Virus record (IMG/VR): IMGVR_UViG_3300020417_001896
Span: 1 to 61,332 of that record
DNA from: a virus
Taxonomy: Duplodnaviria; Caudoviricetes
Strand: one strand, 5' to 3'
Length of the DNA: 61,332 bases
In this document: piece after piece, positions 41,255 through 50,557 of the stretch
Numbering within the stretch: position 1 is the first letter of the stretch
Layout of the letters: each line of letters opens with the position of its first letter
Notes under the pieces: generated by a model
Told to the model about the DNA's origin: nothing
The model's database searches: none
Seen by the model: only the letters and a program-made list of their open reading frames with translations
Position numbers and translations under genes: made by a program

Positions 41255-42424
41255 TCACACTAGTCCTTTACGTCTCATGTGGAGATGAGCAACTCGGACT
41301 GCGCCTTGTATGTCTTCTTTAGTAGCTTCTTGGGCAGGGATTAGCTTCCCTCTAGCGTTCTCTAAGAAGATTTGCTCAGGTGATTGCTTTGCTTCTTCTT
41401 CGATGTCTTCTTGGAACGCATCTTCTTCACTCTTAGCGAACTTGACCCATAGCTTTTTAAAGCCTTTCATCAATAGCTTTGCCGCAGAGGACTTGGCAAA
41501 ACCCACCTTCCCGTACTTGTAAATAAAGGTCTTAAACAAAAGTAGAAGCCCTGCCATCACTCCTGTTCCAAATGCAGTAGCGATGGCAACTTTACCAAAC
41601 GCAAGATAAATGAAATACTTAAAGAGTCCATAAACAGACCCTACAAGCAAAGCACTTGTACCTGCTTTGAAAACACCCCATTTCCCACCATCTGCGTTTG
41701 TACCTAAGACTTTGCCGTAAGTCTCTTTCATAGCTTCCCAAACGCCTACAGGGTTAATTAGAGCAATCGCTTCCTCAACGATTTTAATAAGTGCTTTTCC
41801 TGGAAATTCATCTTCAATACGAGCGACAAGGTAATCCTCTAAGTTCTCATCTCTAGCTACATTTCTGAGTTTGGTTACTGTCGGAGAGAGGTCGCCACTT
41901 GCAAGGCTGTACTTTGCCCACTCGAACCCTTTGAAATAAGAAGCGTAATCAATGTTTTCTTTTGCCGCTTGGACGGGCGTTAAATACTCAGGTTGTATAT
42001 CTCTAGGGTCTAAATATTTAGAAGCTGAAATGTATTCATTCGCTCCTTTAAGGTACGACTGAAATACGATAGGACCCATCTCCTCAAAAACCCATTTCTT
42101 AAACCAATTAGAGAAAAAGTTTTTGAACTCTCGATCTCCGAGAAATACCTTAAATAAAGCTGTAACTCCTCGAACCACCAAGTCTTTAAGACCTAAAATA
42201 AAAGCACTCCCAAGAGAAAGAGCATTAGAAACCCAATTCTTTACCCCTTCCCATGCGTCTCCAAGCCACCCTGCTGTCTTAGCTTCTCTCAAAGCAACTT
42301 CAAACTGCATACGAGCAAGTCTGAGTTGAGTGGTTTTATCGACATTAGGTAATGAACTCGCTCTTTTACTGCGAAGATTTCGTTGGAATGTTTGTGGGTC
42401 TACAAGTAAATCATAAGCGTACAT
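41255..42424 (-). CDS. membrane-associated protein with KRA/KTA and C-terminal RVA motifs
   Basis: 389 aa; GAGGAG SD; amphipathic GWLGDAWEGVKNWV and two hydrophobic segments near the C-terminus. Confidence 0.7.
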   Translation of the reverse strand: MYAYDLLVDPQTFQRNLRSKRASSLPNVDKTTQLRLARMQFEVALREAKTAGWLGDAWEGVKNWVSNALSLGSAFILGLKDLVVRGVTALFKVFLGDREFKNFFSNWFKKWVFEEMGPIVFQSYLKGANEYISASKYLDPRDIQPEYLTPVQAAKENIDYASYFKGFEWAKYSLASGDLSPTVTKLRNVARDENLEDYLVARIEDEFPGKALIKIVEEAIALINPVGVWEAMKETYGKVLGTNADGGKWGVFKAGTSALLVGSVYGLFKYFIYLAFGKVAIATAFGTGVMAGLLLLFKTFIYKYGKVGFAKSSAAKLLMKGFKKLWVKFAKSEEDAFQEDIEEEAKQSPEQIFLENARGKLIPAQEATKEDIQGAVRVAHLHMRRKGLV

Positions 42425-42467
42425 ATCTGCTCCTCAACTTTAAAATGATCTCTTACCCACCACTACA

Positions 42468-42480
42468 ATAAACTATCTAT
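42468..42480. promoter_or_regulatory. quasi-palindromic ATAR-N5-YTAT element between divergent genes
   Basis: ATAAACTATCTAT; related copies at 34529, 38656, 43485, 47930 and 56591. Confidence 0.5.
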
Positions 42481-42519
42481 AAACCACTCGTGTCGAACTA
42501 GAAATAAAAGGAGTCCGAA

Positions 42520-42936
42520 ATGGGTGCAGGCATTATGTTTCAGAAAGACGGAAAAGCCCTCTTGCTCAAGAGGTCTAAAAGAAATAAAGACCGATGGGGA
42601 GGCTATTGGAATTTCCCTGGAGGAACTACCGAAATGGGAGAAACTCCATACGAAACAGCCATTAGGGAAAGCCGAGAGGAAGTAGGTCCACTACCTCCTT
42701 TTAAGATATACAACCACGTCTCCATAAGAGGCTACACTCTATTTCTAGCCGATGTAGCGTATCAGTTCACTCCAAGGTTAAACTCTGAACACACCGAATG
42801 GGAGTGGGTGGAGTTATCTGATGTAAAGGAATACCCTCTACATATTAAAGACAAGAAAGCGATAAGGAAAGTCCCTATGCCTAAGAGACAAGAAGAGAAA
42901 GTTATCCCCCCTGCTCCTGTCCCCCCACCTAAATAA
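42520..42936 (+). CDS. Nudix hydrolase
   Basis: GGTTEMGETPYETAIRESREEVG is a complete Nudix box; AGGAG SD. Confidence 0.93.
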   Translation: MGAGIMFQKDGKALLLKRSKRNKDRWGGYWNFPGGTTEMGETPYETAIRESREEVGPLPPFKIYNHVSIRGYTLFLADVAYQFTPRLNSEHTEWEWVELSDVKEYPLHIKDKKAIRKVPMPKRQEEKVIPPAPVPPPK

Positions 42937-42937
42937 C

Positions 42938-43075
42938 TCAACCACCTCGACAGATGGAAATGAGGTACATTATTAAAGAAATGGCAAGTAGGATTGCTAC
43001 AAAAGAAGCGATCTCAGAGTCGGGGGCTTCCTGAGTGTAGGACTTCCATTTCCAACCTAGATAGAACCTAGACAT
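42938..43075 (-). CDS. 45-aa single-TM membrane peptide
   Basis: Below the ORF-track cut-off: MSRFYLGWKWKSYTQEAPDSEIASFVAILLAISLIMYLISICRGG. It fills the gap and its start overlaps the upstream stop. Confidence 0.5.
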   Translation of the reverse strand: MSRFYLGWKWKSYTQEAPDSEIASFVAILLAISLIMYLISICRGG

Positions 43076-43469
43076 GATCGTTTTTAGGAGGGGGGTTATC
43101 TTCACCACCGAGAGGGTAGTCTAACCAAGAAAATCTCTTTCTTGTCTCAAGATACTGAGTAAAGTCATCACACTCCCAAGCCTCCTGCTCAAAGCGAATC
43201 GCAAGGTAAGAATCACGAGTGAAGCCTTTCTTTTTGATGATCGCTGAATAGAGGTAATCAAAGAGGTAGACGAGCAAGAACCCAATCACAAATGTCTCAA
43301 GGTACTGCTGAAAATGGATAGTCTCATGTCGCTTTGTTTTCTCGCTTATTTCTGCTCTTGAAAAGACAAAGCAGAAAAGGGTAATCGCATTTATTTCAAT
43401 GGGTGCGAACTTGCTCAGAATGACAGGGACTTTTGAGTGTTCAAAAAACCAAGGTTTGAGGTGTTTCAT
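43068..43469 (-). CDS. small HExxH zinc-metallopeptidase-like protein
   Basis: RHETIHFQQ plus a downstream FEQEA as third-ligand candidate, with a hydrophobic segment between them. Confidence 0.65.
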   Translation of the reverse strand: MKHLKPWFFEHSKVPVILSKFAPIEINAITLFCFVFSRAEISEKTKRHETIHFQQYLETFVIGFLLVYLFDYLYSAIIKKKGFTRDSYLAIRFEQEAWECDDFTQYLETRKRFSWLDYPLGGEDNPPPKNDHV

Positions 43470-43484
43470 TTTTTTACCTTTCTA

Positions 43485-43497
43485 ATAGACTGTCTAT
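43485..43497. promoter_or_regulatory. perfect palindrome ATAGAC-T-GTCTAT between divergent genes
   Basis: Best copy of the recurring ATAR-N5-YTAT element. Confidence 0.55.
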
Positions 43498-43535
43498 AGA
43501 CGGCTATAAAGAAAGCACAAACGAAAGGAAGCGAT

Positions 43536-44018
43536 ATGAGGTCTGTTGAGTTCAGAAGAACCCACACTACATTAGTCAAAATGGTTCACATCGGAATCCA
43601 AGAAATAGTAAAAATCTTTAATGAAGTAGAAGACCCTCTTGTTAAGACTATTTTGTTCCGCAGGTGGAAAAACAACTATGACTTCCCATCAGGTACAGCC
43701 CGTATTTCTGCTGAGTTTAGTGTTTTAGGTCGAATTTATAGAGAGAGTCTAAAAGACTATAAACACTACGATATTCGCTATAGAGATGACCGTATTAAAC
43801 TCGCTCCCATACAGGAGATGGAGTTAAGAAAAGCCATGCGAGATGCCATGAAATGGACTTACACCTATTGGAGTGCAGTTACGATGGCTCGCCTTATTGT
43901 CCGAGGTGGTGGGTATGACTTTATGGATTTGCATATCAGGGAATACAACCTAACAAGAAACAACCTCATGTTACACTCTGATTCTTTTAGTGAGCTTCTC
44001 TCGATTTTCTTCGACTGA
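43536..44018 (+). CDS. hypothetical protein
   Basis: 160 aa, AAGGA SD, no recognisable motif. Confidence 0.65.
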   Translation: MRSVEFRRTHTTLVKMVHIGIQEIVKIFNEVEDPLVKTILFRRWKNNYDFPSGTARISAEFSVLGRIYRESLKDYKHYDIRYRDDRIKLAPIQEMELRKAMRDAMKWTYTYWSAVTMARLIVRGGGYDFMDLHIREYNLTRNNLMLHSDSFSELLSIFFD

Positions 44019-44028
44019 CAACCTGACA

Positions 44029-44041
44029 GTCTTATATATAG
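44029..44041 (+). promoter_or_regulatory. GTCT(T/G)ATATA motif upstream of replication genes
   Basis: GTCTTATATA here and at 50058, GTCTGATATA at 45669 and 59709, each about 30-45 bp before a plus-strand start. Confidence 0.55.
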
Positions 44042-44072
44042 AGCCTAACCCACAATCACAGAAAGGCTCTGT

Positions 44073-45674
44073 ATGGAAAGCGAAAAGCTTCTCGCAACGA
44101 TAGAAAAGTTGCGTAAAATACGCACCAAAAACGACCTTAAAGCCCCTGCTTCAAAGACGTTAAAGACTACCTTAGATAACGGCTCTCCTCTTGTTCTTAG
44201 ACAGTACCAAATACAAGGTATATTACACCTGCTTGCCATGCCACGCTTTGTGCTTGGAGACGATACAGGTTTAGGTAAGACACTTCAAGCTGTCGCCGCA
44301 TTGAGCTACTTATGGGATAAGAAGCCTGATATTCCTGCTATCATCTGCACTACCAAGTCAGCAGTGGGTCAGTGGGAGTCAGAAATAGATCGCTTTACTA
44401 TCGGAGTTAAAGTTTTCAAGTGCTTAGGTACAAAGAAGAAAAGGGCTAAAATACACGAAGAGTTCCAAGCCTATAACGCAGGACCTAAAGCAATGATTAT
44501 GGGCTACAGAACGGCTGTGATGGACTTCCAATACCTACAGCCCATCGCAGGACACATAATGATCTTCGATGAAGCTACGGCTTTTAAGAACGACAAGGCT
44601 CAAGTACATCAAGTGTGCAAACACCTCGCAGGCTCAGCCGAGAGAGTGTGGAGCTTGTCTGCTACGATTATTAAGAACAGGCTAATGGAGGCATGGGCAA
44701 TCTACAAGGTTACTGTGCCTCATCTGTTCACTACCAAAACCTCTTTTATGCGAGAGTATTGTATTACGAGAGATCAAACAATCCCTGGATCACGCAGACG
44801 CATTAAGATTGTAGTAGGTCATAGAAAGAGAGATGTAGAAGCATTTCGCACTCACATCGACCCTTATTTCATAGGAAGACCTAAACACGAAGTTGCCCAA
44901 GAGCTTCCCCCCTTAACAACCAAAGTCATTTCTTGTGAGATGTCCAAGTCTCAAAAAGGGAAATACAAAGAAGCCCTTGAGGGTCTGTTAGAAGTTATCG
45001 ACCCCGAAACAGGTGAAGTAATAGAGCGTGAAGTTACTAAGCTGACAGCAGTTACAATTTGTCAGCAAATCGTCAATCACCCTGCTCTTATTGACTGTGA
45101 TGGAGATAGTGGTAAGCTCGACACTCTTTTAGACTTACTGCAAAACGAACTTGATGGAGAGAAAGTGATTATCTTCTCTAGGTTTAGAGGAATGGTAGAC
45201 ATTCTCGAAGCTGAAATAGAGGGTAAGGGAATTAAAACCTGCCGTATTACAGGAGCTGAGTCAGGTGATCAAAGAGTTGAAAGCCAAAAGGCATTTCAAG
45301 ACCCTGAGAGCGACACTAAGATTTGCCTTATTACTATGGCGGCGGCTGAGGGGGTCAACCTCCAACTCGCTAAGGCTGTTGTCTTCTATGACACACCTTG
45401 GTCAGCAGGAGACTATCTTCAGATTATTGGTCGTATGATTCGCATTGGGTCTATCCATGACCGAGTTTTCAGCTACCACATCTGCGCCCCTAAAACTATA
45501 GACGACAGAGTGATGAAGACCCTCAAGAATAAGATGAACCTGATTGAAGCTGTGCTAGGGAAGAGGCTTAAAGAAGAGGGTGCAGAAGATGAGGTTCTTG
45601 AGGTGGGGCAATCAGAACTCAACGATATTTTCGATGGATTGCTAGAAGACGCAAGAGACATCATTAAAGTCTGA
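44073..45674 (+). CDS. SNF2-family (SF2) helicase/ATPase
   Basis: LRQYQIQG, LGDDTGLGKT (I), IFDEAT (II), LSAT (III), KVIIFSRF (IV), AAAEGVNL (V), QIIGRMIRIG (VI). Confidence 0.93.
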   Translation: MESEKLLATIEKLRKIRTKNDLKAPASKTLKTTLDNGSPLVLRQYQIQGILHLLAMPRFVLGDDTGLGKTLQAVAALSYLWDKKPDIPAIICTTKSAVGQWESEIDRFTIGVKVFKCLGTKKKRAKIHEEFQAYNAGPKAMIMGYRTAVMDFQYLQPIAGHIMIFDEATAFKNDKAQVHQVCKHLAGSAERVWSLSATIIKNRLMEAWAIYKVTVPHLFTTKTSFMREYCITRDQTIPGSRRRIKIVVGHRKRDVEAFRTHIDPYFIGRPKHEVAQELPPLTTKVISCEMSKSQKGKYKEALEGLLEVIDPETGEVIEREVTKLTAVTICQQIVNHPALIDCDGDSGKLDTLLDLLQNELDGEKVIIFSRFRGMVDILEAEIEGKGIKTCRITGAESGDQRVESQKAFQDPESDTKICLITMAAAEGVNLQLAKAVVFYDTPWSAGDYLQIIGRMIRIGSIHDRVFSYHICAPKTIDDRVMKTLKNKMNLIEAVLGKRLKEEGAEDEVLEVGQSELNDIFDGLLEDARDIIKV

Positions 45675-45707
45675 TATAGATACAGACAGACCAAGAAAGG
45701 AGGGTCA

Positions 45708-46427
45708 ATGCCGAAATGTAAAAAATGTAATGACTTTGGGTATATCCAAGTAGATGATGGACACTACGGAATACCGCAAGCAATCCCATGCTCATGTACT
45801 CTTAAAAAAGCGTTGAGAGTCCAAGCTCAAAAAGCATGGGCAGGACTTGAAGTAGCCCCTATAAAGAAAACGAGCCTGCTCAAAGGGAAGATTAAAGAGA
45901 ACGTGGTGATCATAGCCCACAAGCCCGAACTCATGCTTCACATGAGAAGCGCATTTGCGCACCATGCTCGACCTGAAGAGTTTTTTAAAGTGGTATCTGA
46001 CGCTACCCTCATTTCTGCATGGTTGTCTAACTTAGCTCGATCAGACTCTGAAATCATCGACCCCGATTTTAGACGTGATGTTAGAGTAGCAAGTTTAGAA
46101 GACTTGGCAGAGTCTCCTACTCTCCTCATCATACGCTTAGGTGTTAAGACTGCTAGAAATAGCGCAATGCCCGAAGTCCTTGCCGAGACAATTGAGTTAC
46201 GCCAACACTTAGGCAAGCCTACTTGGTTAGTCGTAGAACCTGAGAAGCCTTTAGAGGAGGGTCATATTTCTTGGTCAAGAGCTGTAGAAGACGCACTCGA
46301 TGGTTGGGAGAGGATTGGTATTGTAGGTAAGACCACCTCAAAGCGATCTTCTTTGAGTGTTCAGACTATTGGGGGAAGTAATGACCCTGCACTTCCAACT
46401 GCTCGACATAAGACGATGAAGCTATGA
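45708..46427 (+). CDS. DnaC/DnaI-like helicase loader, degenerate
   Basis: N-terminal CKKC...PCSC zinc motif; LLIIRLG and IELRQHLGKPTWL echo the DnaC LLIIDDLG and R...KPT segments; ATGA-coupled to dnaB; no Walker A seen. Confidence 0.55.
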   Translation: MPKCKKCNDFGYIQVDDGHYGIPQAIPCSCTLKKALRVQAQKAWAGLEVAPIKKTSLLKGKIKENVVIIAHKPELMLHMRSAFAHHARPEEFFKVVSDATLISAWLSNLARSDSEIIDPDFRRDVRVASLEDLAESPTLLIIRLGVKTARNSAMPEVLAETIELRQHLGKPTWLVVEPEKPLEEGHISWSRAVEDALDGWERIGIVGKTTSKRSSLSVQTIGGSNDPALPTARHKTMKL

Positions 46428-47932
46428 GAATACTAAGAAGCATAATCCCCGAACCTCGTATTGGAGATGACGAGAAAGCCATGCTCCAAAACTACACTGC
46501 TCTGAGAGAGTCTATTCTCAAGTTTGACTTGCCTACGGACCGCTCAATCTACGAGTACATAAAAGACTTTGTTAGCCAACACTCTCACCTACCAACTCAA
46601 GAGACTGCTATCAATTTCTTAGACAGCAATAATCAATATGATGAAGCTGATCGTATTCGATCTCTCTCTACAATAGAGCCTGCTTACCGAGGAGACTTTA
46701 TCTTCTTAATTGAGAAGCAGGTTGAAGAAGCTCGTGTCATGGCTCTTAGTGAGACTATGGCGCAGGTCAAAGAAATCACTAGAAATGGGATTGAGATCAA
46801 AGAGGGGAGAACTAAGAGAAAGCTAAAAGGCGCAAGAGACGCAGGTCGTTTTATTTCCCAACAACTACATGACTTAATGACTCCAACATTCGGTAGCCGT
46901 ATTGGGGGGGAAGCTCTTGGAGATGGTGATGAATTTTGGGAAGAGTACCAAAAGATAAAGGACACAAAGGTCGAGATTTTGCCAAAGACAGGACTACAAG
47001 TTATTGATGACGCTATCGGTGGTTTTAAGAGAAAAGAACTCTACATCATGGCAGGCTTTACAGGACACATGAAGTCTAAGTCTGCTGTAAATTGGGTCTA
47101 TAACCAATCAGTCTTTGGAGGCACAAGTACCGTCTATTTCAGCTTGGAAATGCATTACTCTCAATGTCGTAGAACGATCTACGCATTCCACAGTATGCAC
47201 CCTAAGTTCAGAAAAAAGCGACTCGCTTTGGGTATTCAATCTCACCCCAACCCTGATGTTGGACTTGACCCTATCAAGATCAGAGACGGTAAGCTAACTA
47301 AAGACGAGGAACTATTTCTGAGAGAAGTGATTGACGATCTCAAAACTAACATGAAGAACGGGACTTACGGCTCTATCTTCTTTGAGGTTGCTGACCCCGA
47401 TAGCCTTGACTTTACCGTTGAGGATATGAGGACAAAAGCTGAGACAATCGCCTCTAAGCACCCTGTAAAGCTCGTTGTGGTTGACCACGCACTCTTAATG
47501 TCAGCGAGACGTTGGGTTGCGTCTACGACAGAGCGTCTAAACGAAGTTATCAGAGACTTGAAGAAGACGGCTATGGGCTTCAATAGAGGACAAGGTATTC
47601 CTATCCTCTGTCTATTTCAGATTAACCGTGAGGGCTTCAAAGCGGCTGAGAAGAATGACGGTACTTACAACCTCACGCACCTCTCTTACGCCAATGAAGC
47701 GGAACGCTCCGCAGACGTTGTAATCGCTTCTTGGTATGACGATAATATGAGACAGAAAAACATGATCAAGTATCAGTGTTTAAAGTCTCGTGATCAAGCT
47801 CCCTTTGAGGCTTTTGAAGCGCAGACTGCTTGGCCTGTAGGTCGTATTCTGAACACCCCCATGAACTTCAAAATGGGGGCTTCTCCTAAAGCTAAAGCAA
47901 AGAAAGAAGACCCACTAGAAGATGTAGTGTAG
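46424..47932 (+). CDS. dnaB: DnaB-like replicative helicase
   Basis: TGLQVIDDAIGG, AGFTGHMKS (H1), YFSLEM (H1a), VVVDH (H2), LFQINREG (H3), AERSADVV and LKSRD (H4). Confidence 0.9.
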   Translation: MRILRSIIPEPRIGDDEKAMLQNYTALRESILKFDLPTDRSIYEYIKDFVSQHSHLPTQETAINFLDSNNQYDEADRIRSLSTIEPAYRGDFIFLIEKQVEEARVMALSETMAQVKEITRNGIEIKEGRTKRKLKGARDAGRFISQQLHDLMTPTFGSRIGGEALGDGDEFWEEYQKIKDTKVEILPKTGLQVIDDAIGGFKRKELYIMAGFTGHMKSKSAVNWVYNQSVFGGTSTVYFSLEMHYSQCRRTIYAFHSMHPKFRKKRLALGIQSHPNPDVGLDPIKIRDGKLTKDEELFLREVIDDLKTNMKNGTYGSIFFEVADPDSLDFTVEDMRTKAETIASKHPVKLVVVDHALLMSARRWVASTTERLNEVIRDLKKTAMGFNRGQGIPILCLFQINREGFKAAEKNDGTYNLTHLSYANEAERSADVVIASWYDDNMRQKNMIKYQCLKSRDQAPFEAFEAQTAWPVGRILNTPMNFKMGASPKAKAKKEDPLEDVV

Positions 47933-47986
47933 TTTTTTTATAGCCGACTCTGTAATGTTAGATCAAAACATAGTGAGGAGGCTTAA

Positions 47987-49477
47987 ATGAGCTTTAGAAA
48001 TGCAGGGTTTGAGGGAGACTTTGATTTCCTATATGAAATGATTGATGACGCAAGAAGAGCAATCGTACCGACTTTAAAAGACTTAAGAGTTGAAATCCCC
48101 GAAGGGGAAATGTATGGTCTTGAGGAAGTCAAAAAAATCATTGATACAAGTAGTGCTTTCAATGACTTTGTAAGCAATCACTTAGACGGCTCTGCTAAAA
48201 CTCACATAACAAAATTAAGAGACGCTATAGCTACCTTCTTTGTGGGAAATGAAGACGGGGAGAAGAAAGGCGAAGCTGAGCCTGTACTCTATGCAGTGCA
48301 AGGGTCTGTTTCCTCATACGTTCGTGAGACGACTCTCGGATTTGCACAAGAGGGTCAGAATCAAGCCTTACCTGAAGAGTTTAAAAAGTTTCTCCCTCCG
48401 AACCTGACCATCGAGTTAGAATCTTACGATAGAATAACCAAAGTAACTGATTTGTTCGCCAATGAAGTAAATGATGTAGACACAAAAATGAAAAAAATGT
48501 TGGTACTTATAGATAGGTACAACGACATTGTAGATCGGGTTAAATCCGATATGACGAGTTCTAACCTAAGCCTCAGATTGAGAGCCTTAATGGTCGCCAT
48601 TATGATGGAAACAGGTATCAGACCAGGCTACGCAAATGACACTCAAGCAAGATTGAGAGACGCAGAGAATAAATATGTAAAAGACGAAAATGGAGAGTTT
48701 GTTTACATTGATACTTTTGGTGCTCGAACACTAAAACTCAGCTTCATTTCTAAGGTGGTTGGACCTTCTATAGATGAAATCAGAGTTGAATTTCCTGGAA
48801 AGGCAGCAACTACCAATGTTGCTTACTTGAGTGATAAAGATGTTGTCCGAGAACTTATAAAAGTTGCTGAAAGAGCTACAATAACGGCTAATAGCTTAGA
48901 CATAGACCCTTTCTTATTTGAAGAAGAAAGTGGGGGAAGACCTCTGAGCGGTTCTACATTAAGCAACTACTTCAATCAAGTAGTTCAAGATTCGGGATTG
49001 ACCTTAACTGACTTCCGTAAACTTGAGGCAACTCAAGCGGTGTTCAGCCACTTAAAGAATAGGAAGATAGACCTACTCCACAAGATCAGAACATTCATTG
49101 ACGAAGAAGCTGAAAACCTAGAAGAAAAGGTAGCTGAAGAGGTCGCAAATCTAATCAACGAAGCAGTTTCGGAAGCTCAAACTGTTATCAACCACAAGAA
49201 CGATTTCAAAACGACGATTTCCTACTACATCAACCCAAGAGTAATCTTAAAGTTCATAACTAACGGTGATGTGGGCAGAAGCCTTAAGAGGTCTGTGATG
49301 AGAAACCCTCGTACATTGAAGCTCAACTTAGACTCATTTATAGGCCAAGCTAAACAACTGAAACTCGGTCATACTCTTGAAAGTCTTGTAGAGGACTTAG
49401 AAATGAGTCTAGGTGATGAAACGAGAGTTGGTGAAACTCTCGAAAGCCTCTTAAACCATTTAGAAGAGACTATCTAA
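47987..49477 (+). CDS. DNA topoisomerase IB-like protein, copy 1
   Basis: METGIRPG (R), TFGARTL, EFPGKA (K), TDFRK (R), INHK (H) and SYYINP (Y) give the TopIB/tyrosine-nucleophile pentad in order; GAGGAGG SD. Confidence 0.8.
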   Translation: MSFRNAGFEGDFDFLYEMIDDARRAIVPTLKDLRVEIPEGEMYGLEEVKKIIDTSSAFNDFVSNHLDGSAKTHITKLRDAIATFFVGNEDGEKKGEAEPVLYAVQGSVSSYVRETTLGFAQEGQNQALPEEFKKFLPPNLTIELESYDRITKVTDLFANEVNDVDTKMKKMLVLIDRYNDIVDRVKSDMTSSNLSLRLRALMVAIMMETGIRPGYANDTQARLRDAENKYVKDENGEFVYIDTFGARTLKLSFISKVVGPSIDEIRVEFPGKAATTNVAYLSDKDVVRELIKVAERATITANSLDIDPFLFEEESGGRPLSGSTLSNYFNQVVQDSGLTLTDFRKLEATQAVFSHLKNRKIDLLHKIRTFIDEEAENLEEKVAEEVANLINEAVSEAQTVINHKNDFKTTISYYINPRVILKFITNGDVGRSLKRSVMRNPRTLKLNLDSFIGQAKQLKLGHTLESLVEDLEMSLGDETRVGETLESLLNHLEETI

Positions 49478-49548
49478 AATCTTCTGTCTGCTTAGAGTCA
49501 GGTATCGTATATAAAAGAAAGTACCTTACTCTAAACAGGCAGAAAATT

Positions 49549-49890
49549 ATGGACTTCGACAAAGTAATAAAGTCTGCTAGAGAACGTAAACTGAGGCGCA
49601 AAGGCGATAGCCTTTACTTCATACAGGAACGCTCTACAGGCATGATTAAAATAGGTCGCTCAAAAGACCCTAAAAGACGACTCAAAACCCTACAGACAGG
49701 AAATGCAAACGAGCTAAGACTAGTCTGCTACTTAGAGGGATTGGGTTGGAGAGAGCGAGAGCTACACGAGTTGCTCCAAGAATGGAGAGCTTCGGGAGAA
49801 TGGTTTAAGTATGAGTGCGTCGGGAGCATTCCCGATGAGCTTTATGAGTTAATCCCTTGGGGTAGCTTAGATGAGTGGTGGAAGAAATAA
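49549..49890 (+). CDS. GIY-YIG-like nuclease (T5orf172/MUG113 type)
   Basis: LYFIQ...IKIGRSKDPKRRLKTLQTGN...ERELH...GEWF. Confidence 0.85.
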   Translation: MDFDKVIKSARERKLRRKGDSLYFIQERSTGMIKIGRSKDPKRRLKTLQTGNANELRLVCYLEGLGWRERELHELLQEWRASGEWFKYECVGSIPDELYELIPWGSLDEWWKK

Positions 49891-49893
49891 GAA

Positions 49894-50058
49894 ATGGATA
49901 TACTCAGCTTATCTTTATACATCTCCTCTATCGTCACAGTCATATACACTGACGGTGAAGCCAACCCCTTAATAAAACTCGGCTTCTTCACTCTATTTTC
50001 TAGTTTTTTTTACTGTTTGTTCTGTGTGTGCTTTTTTGTAGGTAAAGTGTTTACCTAG
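49894..50058 (+). CDS. 54-aa hydrophobic two-TM peptide
   Basis: Below the ORF-track cut-off: MDILSLSLYISSIVTVIYTDGEANPLIKLGFFTLFSSFFYCLFCVCFFVGKVFT; starts 3 bp after the upstream stop. Confidence 0.45.
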   Translation: MDILSLSLYISSIVTVIYTDGEANPLIKLGFFTLFSSFFYCLFCVCFFVGKVFT

Positions 50059-50089
50059 TCTTATATAAAGGGTACAGGAGGACGTTACT

Positions 50090-50557
50090 ATGACTGACGA
50101 TATGATAAAAGAAATGACAAAGACACCCCTCGATTGTGTATGTAAGGGGGAGGGCTTTTTACCTAAAATCGATATGCCATGCGCCACGCATTACTTGTAC
50201 TACATTGACGAAGAGTTCAGAGAAACACAGCTCCAACTCTACATCTCCAACTTTAAGGCACTAATTCTTGAGCTGATCAACCAAAGACCTGAGTTAGAGA
50301 ACCACAGAAATGTAGGCTTCCCTACAAACGAGGAAGAGCTTCAATCTTTTGTGGACTTGTTTTGGCAACCCGTAAACACTTCTGAGGAGCTGAAAGCCTA
50401 CCAAACTTTCGTTAGAGTTTTATTTTCATTTATCAAAAGAAGTAAACAACAAAGACCCTCTGCTGTCTCTGTCGATCTTTTCAGCCAAGATGAAATAAGT
50501 TTAACACAAGACAGTGGGTTTATTTGGAAGCCTCTTTTCATAAGCAACGATATATGA
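50090..50557 (+). CDS. hypothetical protein (N-terminal CxC...CxxH)
   Basis: 155 aa, AGGAGG SD, preceded by the GTCTTATATA motif. Confidence 0.65.
   Translation: MTDDMIKEMTKTPLDCVCKGEGFLPKIDMPCATHYLYYIDEEFRETQLQLYISNFKALILELINQRPELENHRNVGFPTNEEELQSFVDLFWQPVNTSEELKAYQTFVRVLFSFIKRSKQQRPSAVSVDLFSQDEISLTQDSGFIWKPLFISNDI

Noticed and set aside
49930-50010. Imperfect hairpin (GTGAAGCC...GGCTTCTTCAC) followed by a T-run as an intrinsic terminator
   Set aside because: Large loop, bulged stem and a displaced T-run; the region is better explained by the 54-aa hydrophobic ORF.
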